The translations under genes and the position numbers were made by a program. Source: Microthrixaceae bacterium (GTDB lineage Bacteria; Actinomycetota; Acidimicrobiia; Acidimicrobiales; Microtrichaceae). From it: a DNA stretch of 64,000 nucleotides. Location of the stretch: assembly GCA_020027475.1 (NCBI GenBank), contig JAHRAZ010000118.1:24929-88928 (forward strand). Reading direction: 5' to 3'. Each line of letters begins with the position of its first letter. The first letter of the stretch is position 1. Under the pieces are notes generated by a model that saw only the letters and a program-made list of their open reading frames with translations, ran no database searches and was not told the DNA's origin. Shown one piece after another: positions 9,816-19,155 of this stretch.

Positions 9816-10343
9816 TCAGCCGTGGTCGGGCAGGCGTCGGAGCTCTGACTTGTAGCGCACCGCTCGATCCACGTACGACTGGACACCCAGATCGAAGTGT
9901 CCCGGTTGGACTGCGTTTTCCTTGATCGTGGCCGGCACCCCGAGCGCCATGGCCAACGGCGGAACAACCTTCCTGTTACCCACGAAGGCTCCTGCACCCA
10001 CGACAGCCTCCTCGCCGATCTGCGCATTGTGCAGGACTATCGAGCCAGAACCGATCAACGCCTTGTCGGCCACATTGCATCCTTCGAGATGAGCAAGGTG
10101 CCCGACTGTGACCATGTTTGCAAGCGTGGTGGGCCACACAACCGTGGTGTGCAGAATCGCACCGTCCTGAATCGAGCAGTCCTCGCCGATGATCACTTCT
10201 CCGTCATCACCACGAACCACCGCTGACGGCCAGATGGATGACCGGGCTCCGATTCGCACGGACCCGATCACCACCGCATCAGGGTGGACGTATGCGTCCG
10301 GATGAATGTCGGGCACCTGGTGACCCAACGCATAGATGGCCAC
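9816..10343 (-). CDS. Gamma-class carbonic anhydrase-like / hexapeptide-repeat (LbH) protein
   Basis: The 175-aa sequence MAIYALGHQVPDIHPDAYVHPDAVVIGSVRIG...IIGEDCSIQDGAILH...VTVGHLAHLEGC matches the YrdA/PaaY-type LbH pattern. GTG start. Confidence 0.8.
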   Translation of the reverse strand: MAIYALGHQVPDIHPDAYVHPDAVVIGSVRIGARSSIWPSAVVRGDDGEVIIGEDCSIQDGAILHTTVVWPTTLANMVTVGHLAHLEGCNVADKALIGSGSIVLHNAQIGEEAVVGAGAFVGNRKVVPPLAMALGVPATIKENAVQPGHFDLGVQSYVDRAVRYKSELRRLPDHG

Positions 10344-10347
10344 GGGA

Positions 10348-10875
10348 TCAGATCTTCTCGTGTCGGGAATATGAGCCCTTGAAAAAGATCAACGGTCCGT
10401 GATCCTCGCGATGAAGGTCGAGCGATTTCACCCTGCCGACCACAATTTCGTGGTCACCTCCGGGATAGGTGGCCTCGAGTTCACAGTCGAGGTGGGCAAT
10501 GGCATCCGTGATGAGCGGAGAGCCCGTGTGTGCCGATTCCGTCCACTCCACGGCCGCGAACTTGTCCTCGGACTTCGAGGCGAAAGTGTTGGAGACCTCC
10601 ATCTGGTGTTCGGAGAGGATGTTCACCGAGAACGAACCGGTGTCAGCCACTCGCTTCCACGAGGCCGATCCGGTTCCCACACAGAATCCGACCAGGGGTG
10701 GTTCGAGGGAAACCGAGAAGAAGGAACCGATGGCGAGCCCGAACGCTTCATCGCCGTCAGCTCCCGCCACCACGGTCACACCGGTCGGAAAGTGTCCGAG
10801 AACGGTCCTGAACTCCTTGGGGTCCACCGAGATCGACATCTCGTGTTGGCCGGGGTTGTCGTTCTGTTCGGACAT
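10348..10875 (-). CDS. Flavin reductase family protein (FMN-binding split barrel)
   Basis: FRTVLGHFPTGVTVVA...GLAIGSFFSVSLEPPLVGFCV pattern. ATG preceded by AGGAGA. Confidence 0.8.
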   Translation of the reverse strand: MSEQNDNPGQHEMSISVDPKEFRTVLGHFPTGVTVVAGADGDEAFGLAIGSFFSVSLEPPLVGFCVGTGSASWKRVADTGSFSVNILSEHQMEVSNTFASKSEDKFAAVEWTESAHTGSPLITDAIAHLDCELEATYPGGDHEIVVGRVKSLDLHREDHGPLIFFKGSYSRHEKI

Positions 10876-10945
10876 GGCGTCTCCTGCGATCGGTTGGAAT
10901 TGCGCGAATCGCAGAATAGTTCGACTCCGGATCCCGACCCAACGG

Positions 10946-11800
10946 TCAGCTGACCGGCACGCCAGCGTAGGAAACGGTCAGTCCCTCGTATGCGTTCCAG
11001 ATCTCGGGAACACCCCGTGGACCTGCCTTCACGCGCAAATCCTCCAGCACCCGATCGAGGTAGTCATCACCGTGTGAAGGATCGTGATGGAACAAGGCAA
11101 GAGCAGATGCGCCTGCCTGGGCCGCAACCTCGAGGGCGTAGTCATGGGTGCAGTGACCCCAGGTGGGCTTCATGGCCAACTCACCGGCGTTGTACTGCGA
11201 GTCGTGGATGAGCAGATCCACTCCACGGCACAGATCAAGGACGCCGGGATCCACGTAGGTTGGATCACCAATCGGTTCCTGGTGATCGCTCACATACGCC
11301 ACCGATCGTCCATCAACCTCAATGCGGTACGCGAAGGTGGGTCCGTTGTGTGGAACCCAGCCGGCGGTGACCACAGCGTCCTGCACCTGCATTGATCCGG
11401 GCTGCATCTCGGTGAACGACACCTCGCCATGAATTTCCTCGAGGCTCACGGGAAAATACGGAGGGGCGAGGAAACCCTCGACCGCCTCGGCGATCGTGCC
11501 GTCCTCGAGGGGAGGAACATGGATGTCGAGCCGGCCGGTCTCGCTGAGAACCGGAGCAAAGAAGGGAAGGCCCTGAATGTGATCCCAGTGCATGTGAGTC
11601 ACAAACACCGTGGCCCTGAAACCACCGCTTCCGACGGCAGCGTCAACTCCGAGATACCGCAGGCCGGTGCCCAAGTCGAGAATGATCGGGTCACCACGGA
11701 GCGGCTGGATCAGCACGCAGGACGTGTTGCCACCGTGCCTGCGGATGTCGTCACACGAACATGGCGTCGATCCCCGCACGCCATAAAACGTAATGTCCAC
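10946..11800 (-). CDS. MBL-fold metallo-hydrolase
   Basis: THMHWDHIQG (HxHxDH motif). 284 aa. GTG start. Confidence 0.8.
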   Translation of the reverse strand: MDITFYGVRGSTPCSCDDIRRHGGNTSCVLIQPLRGDPIILDLGTGLRYLGVDAAVGSGGFRATVFVTHMHWDHIQGLPFFAPVLSETGRLDIHVPPLEDGTIAEAVEGFLAPPYFPVSLEEIHGEVSFTEMQPGSMQVQDAVVTAGWVPHNGPTFAYRIEVDGRSVAYVSDHQEPIGDPTYVDPGVLDLCRGVDLLIHDSQYNAGELAMKPTWGHCTHDYALEVAAQAGASALALFHHDPSHGDDYLDRVLEDLRVKAGPRGVPEIWNAYEGLTVSYAGVPVS

Positions 11801-11963
11801 TTCTGAGTCCCCTTTGCTCCGACCCTCAGATCCCGCAGTCAGATCCCGCGGTGCGGAAACTGTATGTCGTCAACCCCTCACACAGAGTAACTGAGGCTAT
11901 GCGATGTGACGGATATCTCAGCACTTGATGACGGTCGGGTGACGAACATGACCGGTGGCGGAC

Positions 11964-11985
11964 GTGTTGCTGCGGAGCGCAACAC
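11964..11985 (-). terminator. Candidate hairpin just past the methyltransferase stop
   Basis: gtgttgc (11964-11970) pairs with gcaacac (11979-11985), leaving an 8-nt loop. It lies 16 nt downstream of the stop at 12001. No U-tract. Confidence 0.3.
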
Positions 11986-12000
11986 AACCGTCATGAATCT

Positions 12001-12765
12001 TCATGTCTTCCGAAAGATGGACACCTCGGTTCGGTGCGGATACTCGAACTGCCCGGAACCGGTCGGGTCTGCGGACTCACCGACCAGAGCAAGCGCCTCC
12101 GAAACCAGTTCACTCTGGGAATCCAGCGGCATTGCAGCCACAAACGACGTGGACCTCACACGACTCGCGAGGAGATCCATGTTGAGGTTCTGGGGATTGT
12201 CGAAAGATTGACTCAGATGCGGTTCGAACAACCCGGAAGACTCAACCGCCTTGTATGACTCAATGGCCACGGCCGCATCCAGAGGTCGACCACCCGAGCG
12301 GAACTCGATCAGATCCGTGAGATTCCGAACCCAATCCACTGATTCGTCGCGAAGGTTCCAGACAACTGCCAGGATGGCATCATCAATCAATACTCGATCG
12401 AACTCGTCAAGCACCTGAGCCGGATCGAACCAGTGGAAGGCCTGAGCCACAACCATCGCTGTGAACGTTCGGGAATTGAAAGGCAGTTCCTCCGCGGATG
12501 AGCACACGGCCGGCACATCCGGAAGTGAAAGCCGGAGCTGCTCGAGCATCGGCATCGAGGGATCACATGACCACAGCTTGAGGCCGGCTCGTTGAAGCTG
12601 GCCTGTGAGGATTCCCGTCCCCGCACCCACATCGAGAATCCGGCCGGCTGGCAACTCATCCTTGAGCATTCCCACGGCCGATCTGGCATATGCAGGCCGG
12701 GCCCTGGAGTAGTGACCGGCCGCAGCCGTGAACCCGCCGGCTGCTTCGGCACCGAAGGGGGACAA
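12001..12765 (-). CDS. Class I SAM-dependent methyltransferase
   Basis: ILDVGAGTGILT motif I and AQAFHWFD. TTG start 3 nt past the MaoC stop; the exact start is uncertain. Confidence 0.75.
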   Translation of the reverse strand: MSPFGAEAAGGFTAAAGHYSRARPAYARSAVGMLKDELPAGRILDVGAGTGILTGQLQRAGLKLWSCDPSMPMLEQLRLSLPDVPAVCSSAEELPFNSRTFTAMVVAQAFHWFDPAQVLDEFDRVLIDDAILAVVWNLRDESVDWVRNLTDLIEFRSGGRPLDAAVAIESYKAVESSGLFEPHLSQSFDNPQNLNMDLLASRVRSTSFVAAMPLDSQSELVSEALALVGESADPTGSGQFEYPHRTEVSIFRKT

Positions 12766-12770
12766 GTAAC

Positions 12771-13283
12771 TCAGTCTTCCCAGACGTCCCCGGAATATGG
12801 GCGCTGCCGCTGGGGCGCGGCTTCAGCCTTCCACACCATCACCTTGCGGCGGAAGAAGCAGACTTCCACTCCATCCTGATTGAAACCCTTTGTTTCCACC
12901 GTGACGATTCCGCGGTCACCCTTGGAGGATTCCCGCTTGTCGATCACTTTGGTCTCGGCATAAATCGTGTCGCCGTGAAACGTCGGGTTCTTGTGCTTGA
13001 GTGACTCAACCTCAAGGTTCGCGATCGCTGCTCCGGAAACGTCAGGTACCGACATGCCCAATACCAGCGAATAGACCAGGTTGCCCACGACGACGTTCTT
13101 GCCGTGAACAGTCTCGTTCTGGGCGAACCATTCGTTGGTGTGCAGCGGATGATGGTTCATGGTCATCATGCAGAACAGATGGTCGTCGAAGGCCGTGATG
13201 GTCTTGCCAGGCCAGTGTTTGTAGACGTCACCGGGTTCAAAGTCCTCGAGGTGGCGACCGAAGGGACGATCGTGCACAGTCAT
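12771..13283 (-). CDS. MaoC-family (R)-specific enoyl-CoA hydratase/dehydratase, single hot-dog
   Basis: The pattern FEPGDVYKHWPGKTITAFDDHLFCMMTMNHHPLHTN matches MaoC dehydratases. The ATG at 13281-13283 is preceded by GGAGAA. The track's TTG at 13325 was rejected. Confidence 0.8.
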   Translation of the reverse strand: MTVHDRPFGRHLEDFEPGDVYKHWPGKTITAFDDHLFCMMTMNHHPLHTNEWFAQNETVHGKNVVVGNLVYSLVLGMSVPDVSGAAIANLEVESLKHKNPTFHGDTIYAETKVIDKRESSKGDRGIVTVETKGFNQDGVEVCFFRRKVMVWKAEAAPQRQRPYSGDVWED

Positions 13284-13418
13284 TTGTTCTCCGATTCTGC
13301 AATGCGGCTGGGTTGGCTGCCGCAAGGTATCCCGATCCGACGGCCATTCACAAAGTCGGCTTCAACGTTCACAGCTTCTCAGGGTGAGCTACCGTTCTCC
13401 CAAAGTGGTTGATTGGCA

Positions 13419-16031
13419 ATGAACGACCATCCTCCTTCCCCACCAGCAGAAACACTCCGCGAAGTCACCGTGGATGCTTCGGGAGCACCCGAACAACCGG
13501 AGCACAGCAGACACCCCGAGAACACAGAAGCGTTCTGGGGATCATCGGAGCAGGTACTGCGGATCCGCCTCGCCGTCGCCACAGTGATAGCTCTGGCAGT
13601 AGCGGCATTCCCGGTGTTCGGACCCAACCGGTTCTGGCTCGCGGGCCTCATCTTCGTAGTGGAGGCCGTCAGCAACATCACCCTGCTGCGTCGGGAGATC
13701 GATGGAGCTCGACCAAGCCGCCTGATGGCGCTGGTTGATACGACGCTCACCTTGATCGTGGCTGCCACGGTGCCGCAAACCTTCACGGTGGCAGTGGTTG
13801 TCTTCGCGTCGATCGCGGCGCTTCACGTCTTGTGGTTCGGCCCGCGTTTCTCGTTGGCCCTGATGACGATCACAGCGATGCTGCTGATGCTGATCGGACT
13901 GTGGCGGGAACCGGCCATGTGGAGACTCTCCATCGGCGCTTACGTCATCTGCACTCTCGCCGGCGCCACAATTCTGACCAGTCTCGTCAGGAGCGCCACG
14001 GAAACCCGTCGTCGTTTCGATGACCTTGTCAACGGTGTGGAGGCGGTGATCTGGGAGGCCAGTGGCGAAAACCCGATCGGATTCGTGTCCGAAAACGTGA
14101 TGGATGCCCTGGGTATTCGAGCTGAGGACGTCATCGACGAAGAAGGTTTCGCGGAACATCTCCATCCCGCCGATCGAGCAAACTGGCGCACATCGAGGAA
14201 ACGCAATGGGGAAGGCCATGACACCGAAACCCACGTGCGACTGCGCGGCGTCGGAGGTCGTTATCGCCGGGTGGCCGAGAGAGTAAAGGTGAGTCTCGAC
14301 GATGACGGAACGATCACGAGCAGGCGCGGCCTGCTCGTGGATGAAACAATCCGGTGGCGGGCTGAGGCCGGCCTTCGACGCTACAGCGACTTCATCGAGG
14401 GAATCCCGGTGGCGCTCGTACTGCTGCACGTGGTTGATCCCGACGACCCCGACGCCATGATCGTGACGGACCTGAATCCCGCGGCACGGCACCTCTTCGG
14501 AGTGGAGAGACTCAACGGAACAGTCAGGGTTGCCGATGCGATCACGCTGGATCCTGAGTGGCGCCAACGTCTTGCAGACGTGAGCACCCTGGGGAGGCCG
14601 GTGGAGGCTCCCTTCGTGAAGATTCCGAACTTCGAAGGGGTCTTCGCCTTGCGGGCCGTGCCCTTGCCCGGTCGATCCGTTGGTGTTTCGCTCGAAGATG
14701 TCACCAAGCGGGCCCGGATGGAGGAGTCCTTCCGCCACCAGGCCATGCACGACTCCCTCACAGGACTGCCCAATCGACTCCAGCTTCGCGAGCGCCTGAC
14801 AGAGGCATTGGTTCGCACCGAACGTTCCGGGAATGCAGTGGCCCTCCTGGTTGTCGACCTGGATCAGTTCAAGGAAGTCAACGACTCCCTTGGCCACGAG
14901 TACGGCGACCGACTTCTGATCGAACTGTCCCGCAGGCTCGAAAGCAATCTGCGGGACTGTGACACCGTGGCCCGCCTGGGCGGTGACGAGTTCGCTGTGT
15001 TGCTCACGAACACCGTCAATGAGGCGGCGGCCAATGAAATCGCGAACAGACTGATCGAACTCTGCGAGCGACCCTTCCTCATCGACCGCTTCCGGTTCCA
15101 GCTGAGCGCTTCCATAGGGATCGCGATCTCGCCGCAACACGGCAAGGATGCCGAGACCCTGGTGCGCAGGGCAGATGGCGCGATGTACAGGGCCAAGTCA
15201 GCGGTCGGTGGCAAGTCGATCTACTCACCCGGTCAGGACCTCCAGAGCATGCGGCGGCTCGAACTGCTCGGCGACCTCCGCGCGGCCGCCAACCGCTCGG
15301 GCGACATGGTGGTGCACTACCAACCGCGAATCGACCTGCGTTCCGGCAGGACCATCGGGGTGGAGGCCCTGGTCCGGTGGCAACATCCCCGCCACGGAAT
15401 GCTGCCTCCGGATGAGTTCATCGAACTGGCGGAGGTCTCCGGAACCATCCATTGGTTGACCCGCACTGTGAGCGAGAGGGCAGCCGAGGAGATGAAACCG
15501 CTCCTTGTATCCCGTCAAATCCAGATGAGCGTGAACCTGTCGGCTCGAAACTTCTATGACCCAAACCTCGTGACCTGGGTGAGCGAGCTGATGGAGCGTC
15601 AGGGTCTCCCGGCTGGTTCACTGTGTTTCGAGATAACAGAAAGCCAACTGATGGATGATCCCGGCCAGTCCATGACGATGCTGGCGGACCTCCGGGCGCT
15701 GGGGATCAGGTTCAGCATCGATGATTTCGGCACCGGCTACTCGTCGCTGTCATACCTGCGACAGCTCCCGATTGATGAAGTGAAGATCGACAAGTCCTTC
15801 GTGCAGCACCTCAGCGAAGACGACACGATCGTTCGAGCTGTGATCGACCTCGGACACAACCTGGGCCTGCACGTGGTGGCCGAAGGGGTGGAGGATCGGA
15901 ACACGCGGAACCTGCTGACAGAAATGGGCTGCGACAGCGCCCAAGGCTTCCTCTTCAGCACTCCGCTGCCGTTCCCGGACCTGATTGACTTCCTGTCCGA
16001 GGCTTGGGAAGAACCGGTTTCCACCCGGTAA
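13419..16031 (+). CDS. Membrane-anchored PAS / GGDEF / EAL cyclic-di-GMP signalling protein
   Basis: N-terminal hydrophobic helices. Intact GGDEF (ARLGGDEFAVLL) and EAL signatures (EALVRW, DDFGTGYSSL). ATG at 13419; the track uses the TTG at 13413. Confidence 0.9.
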   Translation: MNDHPPSPPAETLREVTVDASGAPEQPEHSRHPENTEAFWGSSEQVLRIRLAVATVIALAVAAFPVFGPNRFWLAGLIFVVEAVSNITLLRREIDGARPSRLMALVDTTLTLIVAATVPQTFTVAVVVFASIAALHVLWFGPRFSLALMTITAMLLMLIGLWREPAMWRLSIGAYVICTLAGATILTSLVRSATETRRRFDDLVNGVEAVIWEASGENPIGFVSENVMDALGIRAEDVIDEEGFAEHLHPADRANWRTSRKRNGEGHDTETHVRLRGVGGRYRRVAERVKVSLDDDGTITSRRGLLVDETIRWRAEAGLRRYSDFIEGIPVALVLLHVVDPDDPDAMIVTDLNPAARHLFGVERLNGTVRVADAITLDPEWRQRLADVSTLGRPVEAPFVKIPNFEGVFALRAVPLPGRSVGVSLEDVTKRARMEESFRHQAMHDSLTGLPNRLQLRERLTEALVRTERSGNAVALLVVDLDQFKEVNDSLGHEYGDRLLIELSRRLESNLRDCDTVARLGGDEFAVLLTNTVNEAAANEIANRLIELCERPFLIDRFRFQLSASIGIAISPQHGKDAETLVRRADGAMYRAKSAVGGKSIYSPGQDLQSMRRLELLGDLRAAANRSGDMVVHYQPRIDLRSGRTIGVEALVRWQHPRHGMLPPDEFIELAEVSGTIHWLTRTVSERAAEEMKPLLVSRQIQMSVNLSARNFYDPNLVTWVSELMERQGLPAGSLCFEITESQLMDDPGQSMTMLADLRALGIRFSIDDFGTGYSSLSYLRQLPIDEVKIDKSFVQHLSEDDTIVRAVIDLGHNLGLHVVAEGVEDRNTRNLLTEMGCDSAQGFLFSTPLPFPDLIDFLSEAWEEPVSTR

Positions 16032-17644
16032 TGTCGGCGCCCATGACGACCACACTGCCGACTCCGCCAGACCTCGTTGCGGCGCGTGATGCGCTCGAGG
16101 TTGCCCAAGCGGCCATTGACTCTGGAATCGCTACCCTCGCGGCATCTGATCCCGAGGAACAGCAGGTTCTCGCCTACGACGTGGCTCATGCCGCTGCTGG
16201 TGTCATGGCAGCCAGGGGTTTGCTCGACTACGGCAACAAAGGCGACGAGGAAGCGGCGGTCACCTGCGCATTCGCTGCCGACGTGATCGCCGAACTTGCC
16301 GCAAAACTGTTCGGACGCGAAGCCGAGTGGGGTGTGGAACCCGGGGCACTGGACCGCTCGCGCACGTTCTGCGCGACCTTTCGCAGTCCGGAGTTTCTTG
16401 CTGCGATGGCCAACGTGGACGGCACCCGAGGACTCGACGACGACTTCGAGATGGTGCAGGACACCTTCCGTCGTTTCGCGGAGGAGAAGCTGGAGCCGAT
16501 CGCCGAACACATCCATCGCGAAAACGCCGACATCCCCGAAGACATCATCACCGGCCTCGCCGAAATGGGAGCCTTTGGCCTCTCGATCCTCGAGGAATAC
16601 GGAGGCTTCGCCTCGGGAACCGAATCTGACTACATCGCGATGGTGGTTGCCACCGAGGAACTCAGCCGCGGAAGCCTTGGCGCAGGAGGATCATTGATCA
16701 CCCGCCCCGAAATTCTGGCCCGTGCCCTCGAGGCCGGCGGCACCGAGGAACAGAAGCAGGAATGGCTGCCGAAGCTCGCCACCGCCGAGGTGATGAACGC
16801 GGTTGCGGTGACCGAACCCGACTTCGGGTCGGACGTGGCCGGCGTGAAGGTGACGGCCACCGAGACCGACGGCGGTTACCTGATCAACGGCGTGAAAACC
16901 TGGTGCACCTTCGGTGCCCGCGCCGACGTGTTGATGCTGCTCGCCCGCACTGATCCGGATCGGTCGATCGGCCACCGGGGTCTGTCAATGTTCATCATCG
17001 AGAAGGAACGCGGTGACGGTCACGGCTTCGAGTCCATCCAGGACAACGCTCACGGCGGCGGAAAGATGGAGGCCCGCCCGATCGACACGATCGGTTACCG
17101 GGGCATGCACTCCTATGAGATCGCCCTCGACAACTGGTTCGTGCCGGCAGAGAACCTCATAGGCGAGGAAAGCGGCAAGGGAAAAGGGTTCTATTACCAG
17201 ATGGCCGGTTTCGAAAATGGCCGCCTGCAGACGGCTGCTCGTGCAATCGGCGTCATGCAGGCTGCGATGGAAGAGGCCCGGACCTACGCCGAGGACCGCG
17301 CGATTTTCGGTCAACCCGTGGCCGAATACCAGCTGACCCAGGCAAAGCTCGCACGCATGGCATTCATCACCCAGGGTGCGCGCCAGTTCTCTTATCAAGT
17401 TGCCCGCCTCATGGCCAAGGGTGAGGGCACTCTGGAGGCCTCGATGATCAAGGCGTACGTGTGCAAGGCCGCCGAGTGGGTCACCCGCGAGGCAATGCAG
17501 ATTCACGGCGGATTCGGCTATGCCGAGGAGTATCCCGTGAGCCGGTTGTTCGTGGACGCCCGGGTACTGTCGATCTTCGAAGGCGCAGATGAGGTGCTGT
17601 GCCTGAAAGTGATCGCCCGTCAGCTCGTGGCTCGCCAGGGCTGA
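16031..17644 (+). CDS. Acyl-CoA dehydrogenase with a ~150-aa N-terminal extension (methylsuccinyl-CoA dehydrogenase-like architecture)
   Basis: ACAD core: VTEPDFGSDVAGVKVTA...GYLINGVKTWCTFG...QIHGGFGYAEEYPVSRLFVDARV. The ATG at 16031 overlaps the upstream TAA (TAATG). Confidence 0.85.
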   Translation: MSAPMTTTLPTPPDLVAARDALEVAQAAIDSGIATLAASDPEEQQVLAYDVAHAAAGVMAARGLLDYGNKGDEEAAVTCAFAADVIAELAAKLFGREAEWGVEPGALDRSRTFCATFRSPEFLAAMANVDGTRGLDDDFEMVQDTFRRFAEEKLEPIAEHIHRENADIPEDIITGLAEMGAFGLSILEEYGGFASGTESDYIAMVVATEELSRGSLGAGGSLITRPEILARALEAGGTEEQKQEWLPKLATAEVMNAVAVTEPDFGSDVAGVKVTATETDGGYLINGVKTWCTFGARADVLMLLARTDPDRSIGHRGLSMFIIEKERGDGHGFESIQDNAHGGGKMEARPIDTIGYRGMHSYEIALDNWFVPAENLIGEESGKGKGFYYQMAGFENGRLQTAARAIGVMQAAMEEARTYAEDRAIFGQPVAEYQLTQAKLARMAFITQGARQFSYQVARLMAKGEGTLEASMIKAYVCKAAEWVTREAMQIHGGFGYAEEYPVSRLFVDARVLSIFEGADEVLCLKVIARQLVARQG

Positions 17645-17683
17645 GGTGCGGGCAACGGGTGGAATCCAGTTACCGCGAGTGGC

Positions 17684-18223
17684 TCAGAACCATTCCCTCG
17701 TGCCGATCACATAGATCGCCTCGAACTCTGCATCGGTCTTGGTCAGGTAGATAATTCCCTCGATGAACGGGATGATGCTGGCGATTCCGCAAGTGAAGAT
17801 CGTTGCCACGATCTGGATGACCCCGGCATTTGTGTATCCCAGGTAGAACTTGTGGATACCCAGCCCACCGATGAGCAGCGCAAGCAGGCCGGCAACGAGC
17901 TTGCTCTTCTCGTCGACGCGGTAAACGGTGAGGTTCGACCCACACGCCAGACACATGGCTTGCCCGGGAGATGCCTGGGTGCCGCAGGTTCGGCAGTAGT
18001 TCACCACCGTTCCGACACCGAACCCGCACGCCGTACATGCGGGAGCGGACGGATCCATCTGGGTGCCGCAGTTCGTGCAGTACGCAGTCACCAGTGCCGG
18101 CGCGGCCGGGTTTGCGCTGGTGTGCTCGGTCCACTCGGTCCCGTCCCAGTAACGCTGGACTCCCTGGGCATCCGGATACCAGCCTGGAGGAGTCTGGCCC
18201 GGCGGATCCTGGTTGTCTGTCAC
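17684..18223 (-). CDS. TM2-domain membrane protein with an N-terminal DUF2510-like motif and two zinc-ribbon motifs
   Basis: PPGWYPDAQGVQRYWDGTEWTEH; CTNCG...CTACG and CRTCG...CLACG; TM2 core LLALLIGGLGIHKFYLGYTNAGVIQIV. The GTG at 18223 is preferred because the track's 18367 start would overlap the citE-like gene by 100 nt. Confidence 0.7.
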   Translation of the reverse strand: MTDNQDPPGQTPPGWYPDAQGVQRYWDGTEWTEHTSANPAAPALVTAYCTNCGTQMDPSAPACTACGFGVGTVVNYCRTCGTQASPGQAMCLACGSNLTVYRVDEKSKLVAGLLALLIGGLGIHKFYLGYTNAGVIQIVATIFTCGIASIIPFIEGIIYLTKTDAEFEAIYVIGTREWF

Positions 18224-18266
18224 ATTGCCATCGTAGGCGCATGCCGGAGCACCGCGGCGGGTGACC

Positions 18267-19154
18267 TCAATCGACAAGCGCTTCGATGGCGTCTGCCACG
18301 GCCAGAGCCCGACGGGCGTTGTCGACGTGAAGGTTCTCCACCATCTTGCCGTCAACCGTGACCACACCCTTGCCTTCCGCCACCCCGGCTTCGAACGCCT
18401 CGATCACCCGGCGGGAGTACTCGATCTCGGAAACCGAGGGCGCAAACGCCTCGTTGCACGGCTCCACCTGTGATGGATGGATGATGGTCTTGCCGTCAAA
18501 CCCCATGTCGGCGCCCTGAGCACACTCCTGAGCGAAACCTTGCGGATTGCGGACATCGTTGTAGACGCCGTCGAGGATCACCTTGTTCGCGAAACGGGCA
18601 GCGTTGACCGAACGACCCAGACCCCAGAGCAGGGGCGCCCTGCCGGGGACCAGCGCCGCACGGAGTTCCTTGGCCAGGTCGTTGGTTCCCATCACGAGCA
18701 CAGCCAGACGTTCCGAGGAAGTGGCAATCTCCACGGCGTTCTCAATGGCAGTGGGGGTTTCCAGCATCGCCCAGATGACGGTGTCGCTCGCCGCCGGAAC
18801 CGACTCGATGACCCTCTCGACCGCTGCAACATCTGCCGCTGAGTCGATCTTGGGCACCACGATGCCGGCCGGTCCGGCTTCGGCTGCGCTGAGTAGATCA
18901 TCCGCATGCCACTCGGTCTCGATGCTGTTCACCCGGATCGTGAGCTCGCGATGGCCGTATTCGCCAGAAGCGACCGCAGCGGCAACCTTCTCGCGTGCAG
19001 CGCCCTTCATGTCCGGGGCCACCGAGTCTTCGGTGTCGAAGATGATGCAGTCCGTCGGCAGGGACTTGGCCTTGGCAAGTGCCTTGTCATTCGCTCCCGG
19101 CATGTAGAGGACGGAACGACGTGGTCGCAGCGTGTCGGTCATGTTGGTGCTCAT
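18267..19154 (-). CDS. CitE / HpcH-HpaI family acyl-CoA lyase or thioesterase (malyl-CoA lyase/thioesterase-like, short form)
   Basis: The pattern RRSVLYMPGAN...IIFDTEDSVAP...IVVPKI...MLETP...LVMGTNDL...IIHPSQV matches CitE-like lyases. ATG at 19152-19154, one nt after the upstream stop. Confidence 0.8.
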   Translation of the reverse strand: MSTNMTDTLRPRRSVLYMPGANDKALAKAKSLPTDCIIFDTEDSVAPDMKGAAREKVAAAVASGEYGHRELTIRVNSIETEWHADDLLSAAEAGPAGIVVPKIDSAADVAAVERVIESVPAASDTVIWAMLETPTAIENAVEIATSSERLAVLVMGTNDLAKELRAALVPGRAPLLWGLGRSVNAARFANKVILDGVYNDVRNPQGFAQECAQGADMGFDGKTIIHPSQVEPCNEAFAPSVSEIEYSRRVIEAFEAGVAEGKGVVTVDGKMVENLHVDNARRALAVADAIEALVD

Positions 19155-19155
19155 T

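Noticed and set aside
11906-12211. 101-aa plus-strand ORF beginning in the 200-bp gap between the MBL and methyltransferase genes
   Set aside because: Two-thirds of it overlaps the methyltransferase gene antisense. It has no RBS and no motif.
13542-15140. 532-aa minus-strand ORF
   Set aside because: It lies antisense to the GGDEF-EAL gene, whose catalytic signatures are intact.
15737-16516. 259-aa minus-strand ORF
   Set aside because: It lies antisense across the junction between the GGDEF-EAL gene and the acyl-CoA dehydrogenase gene, and carries no motif.
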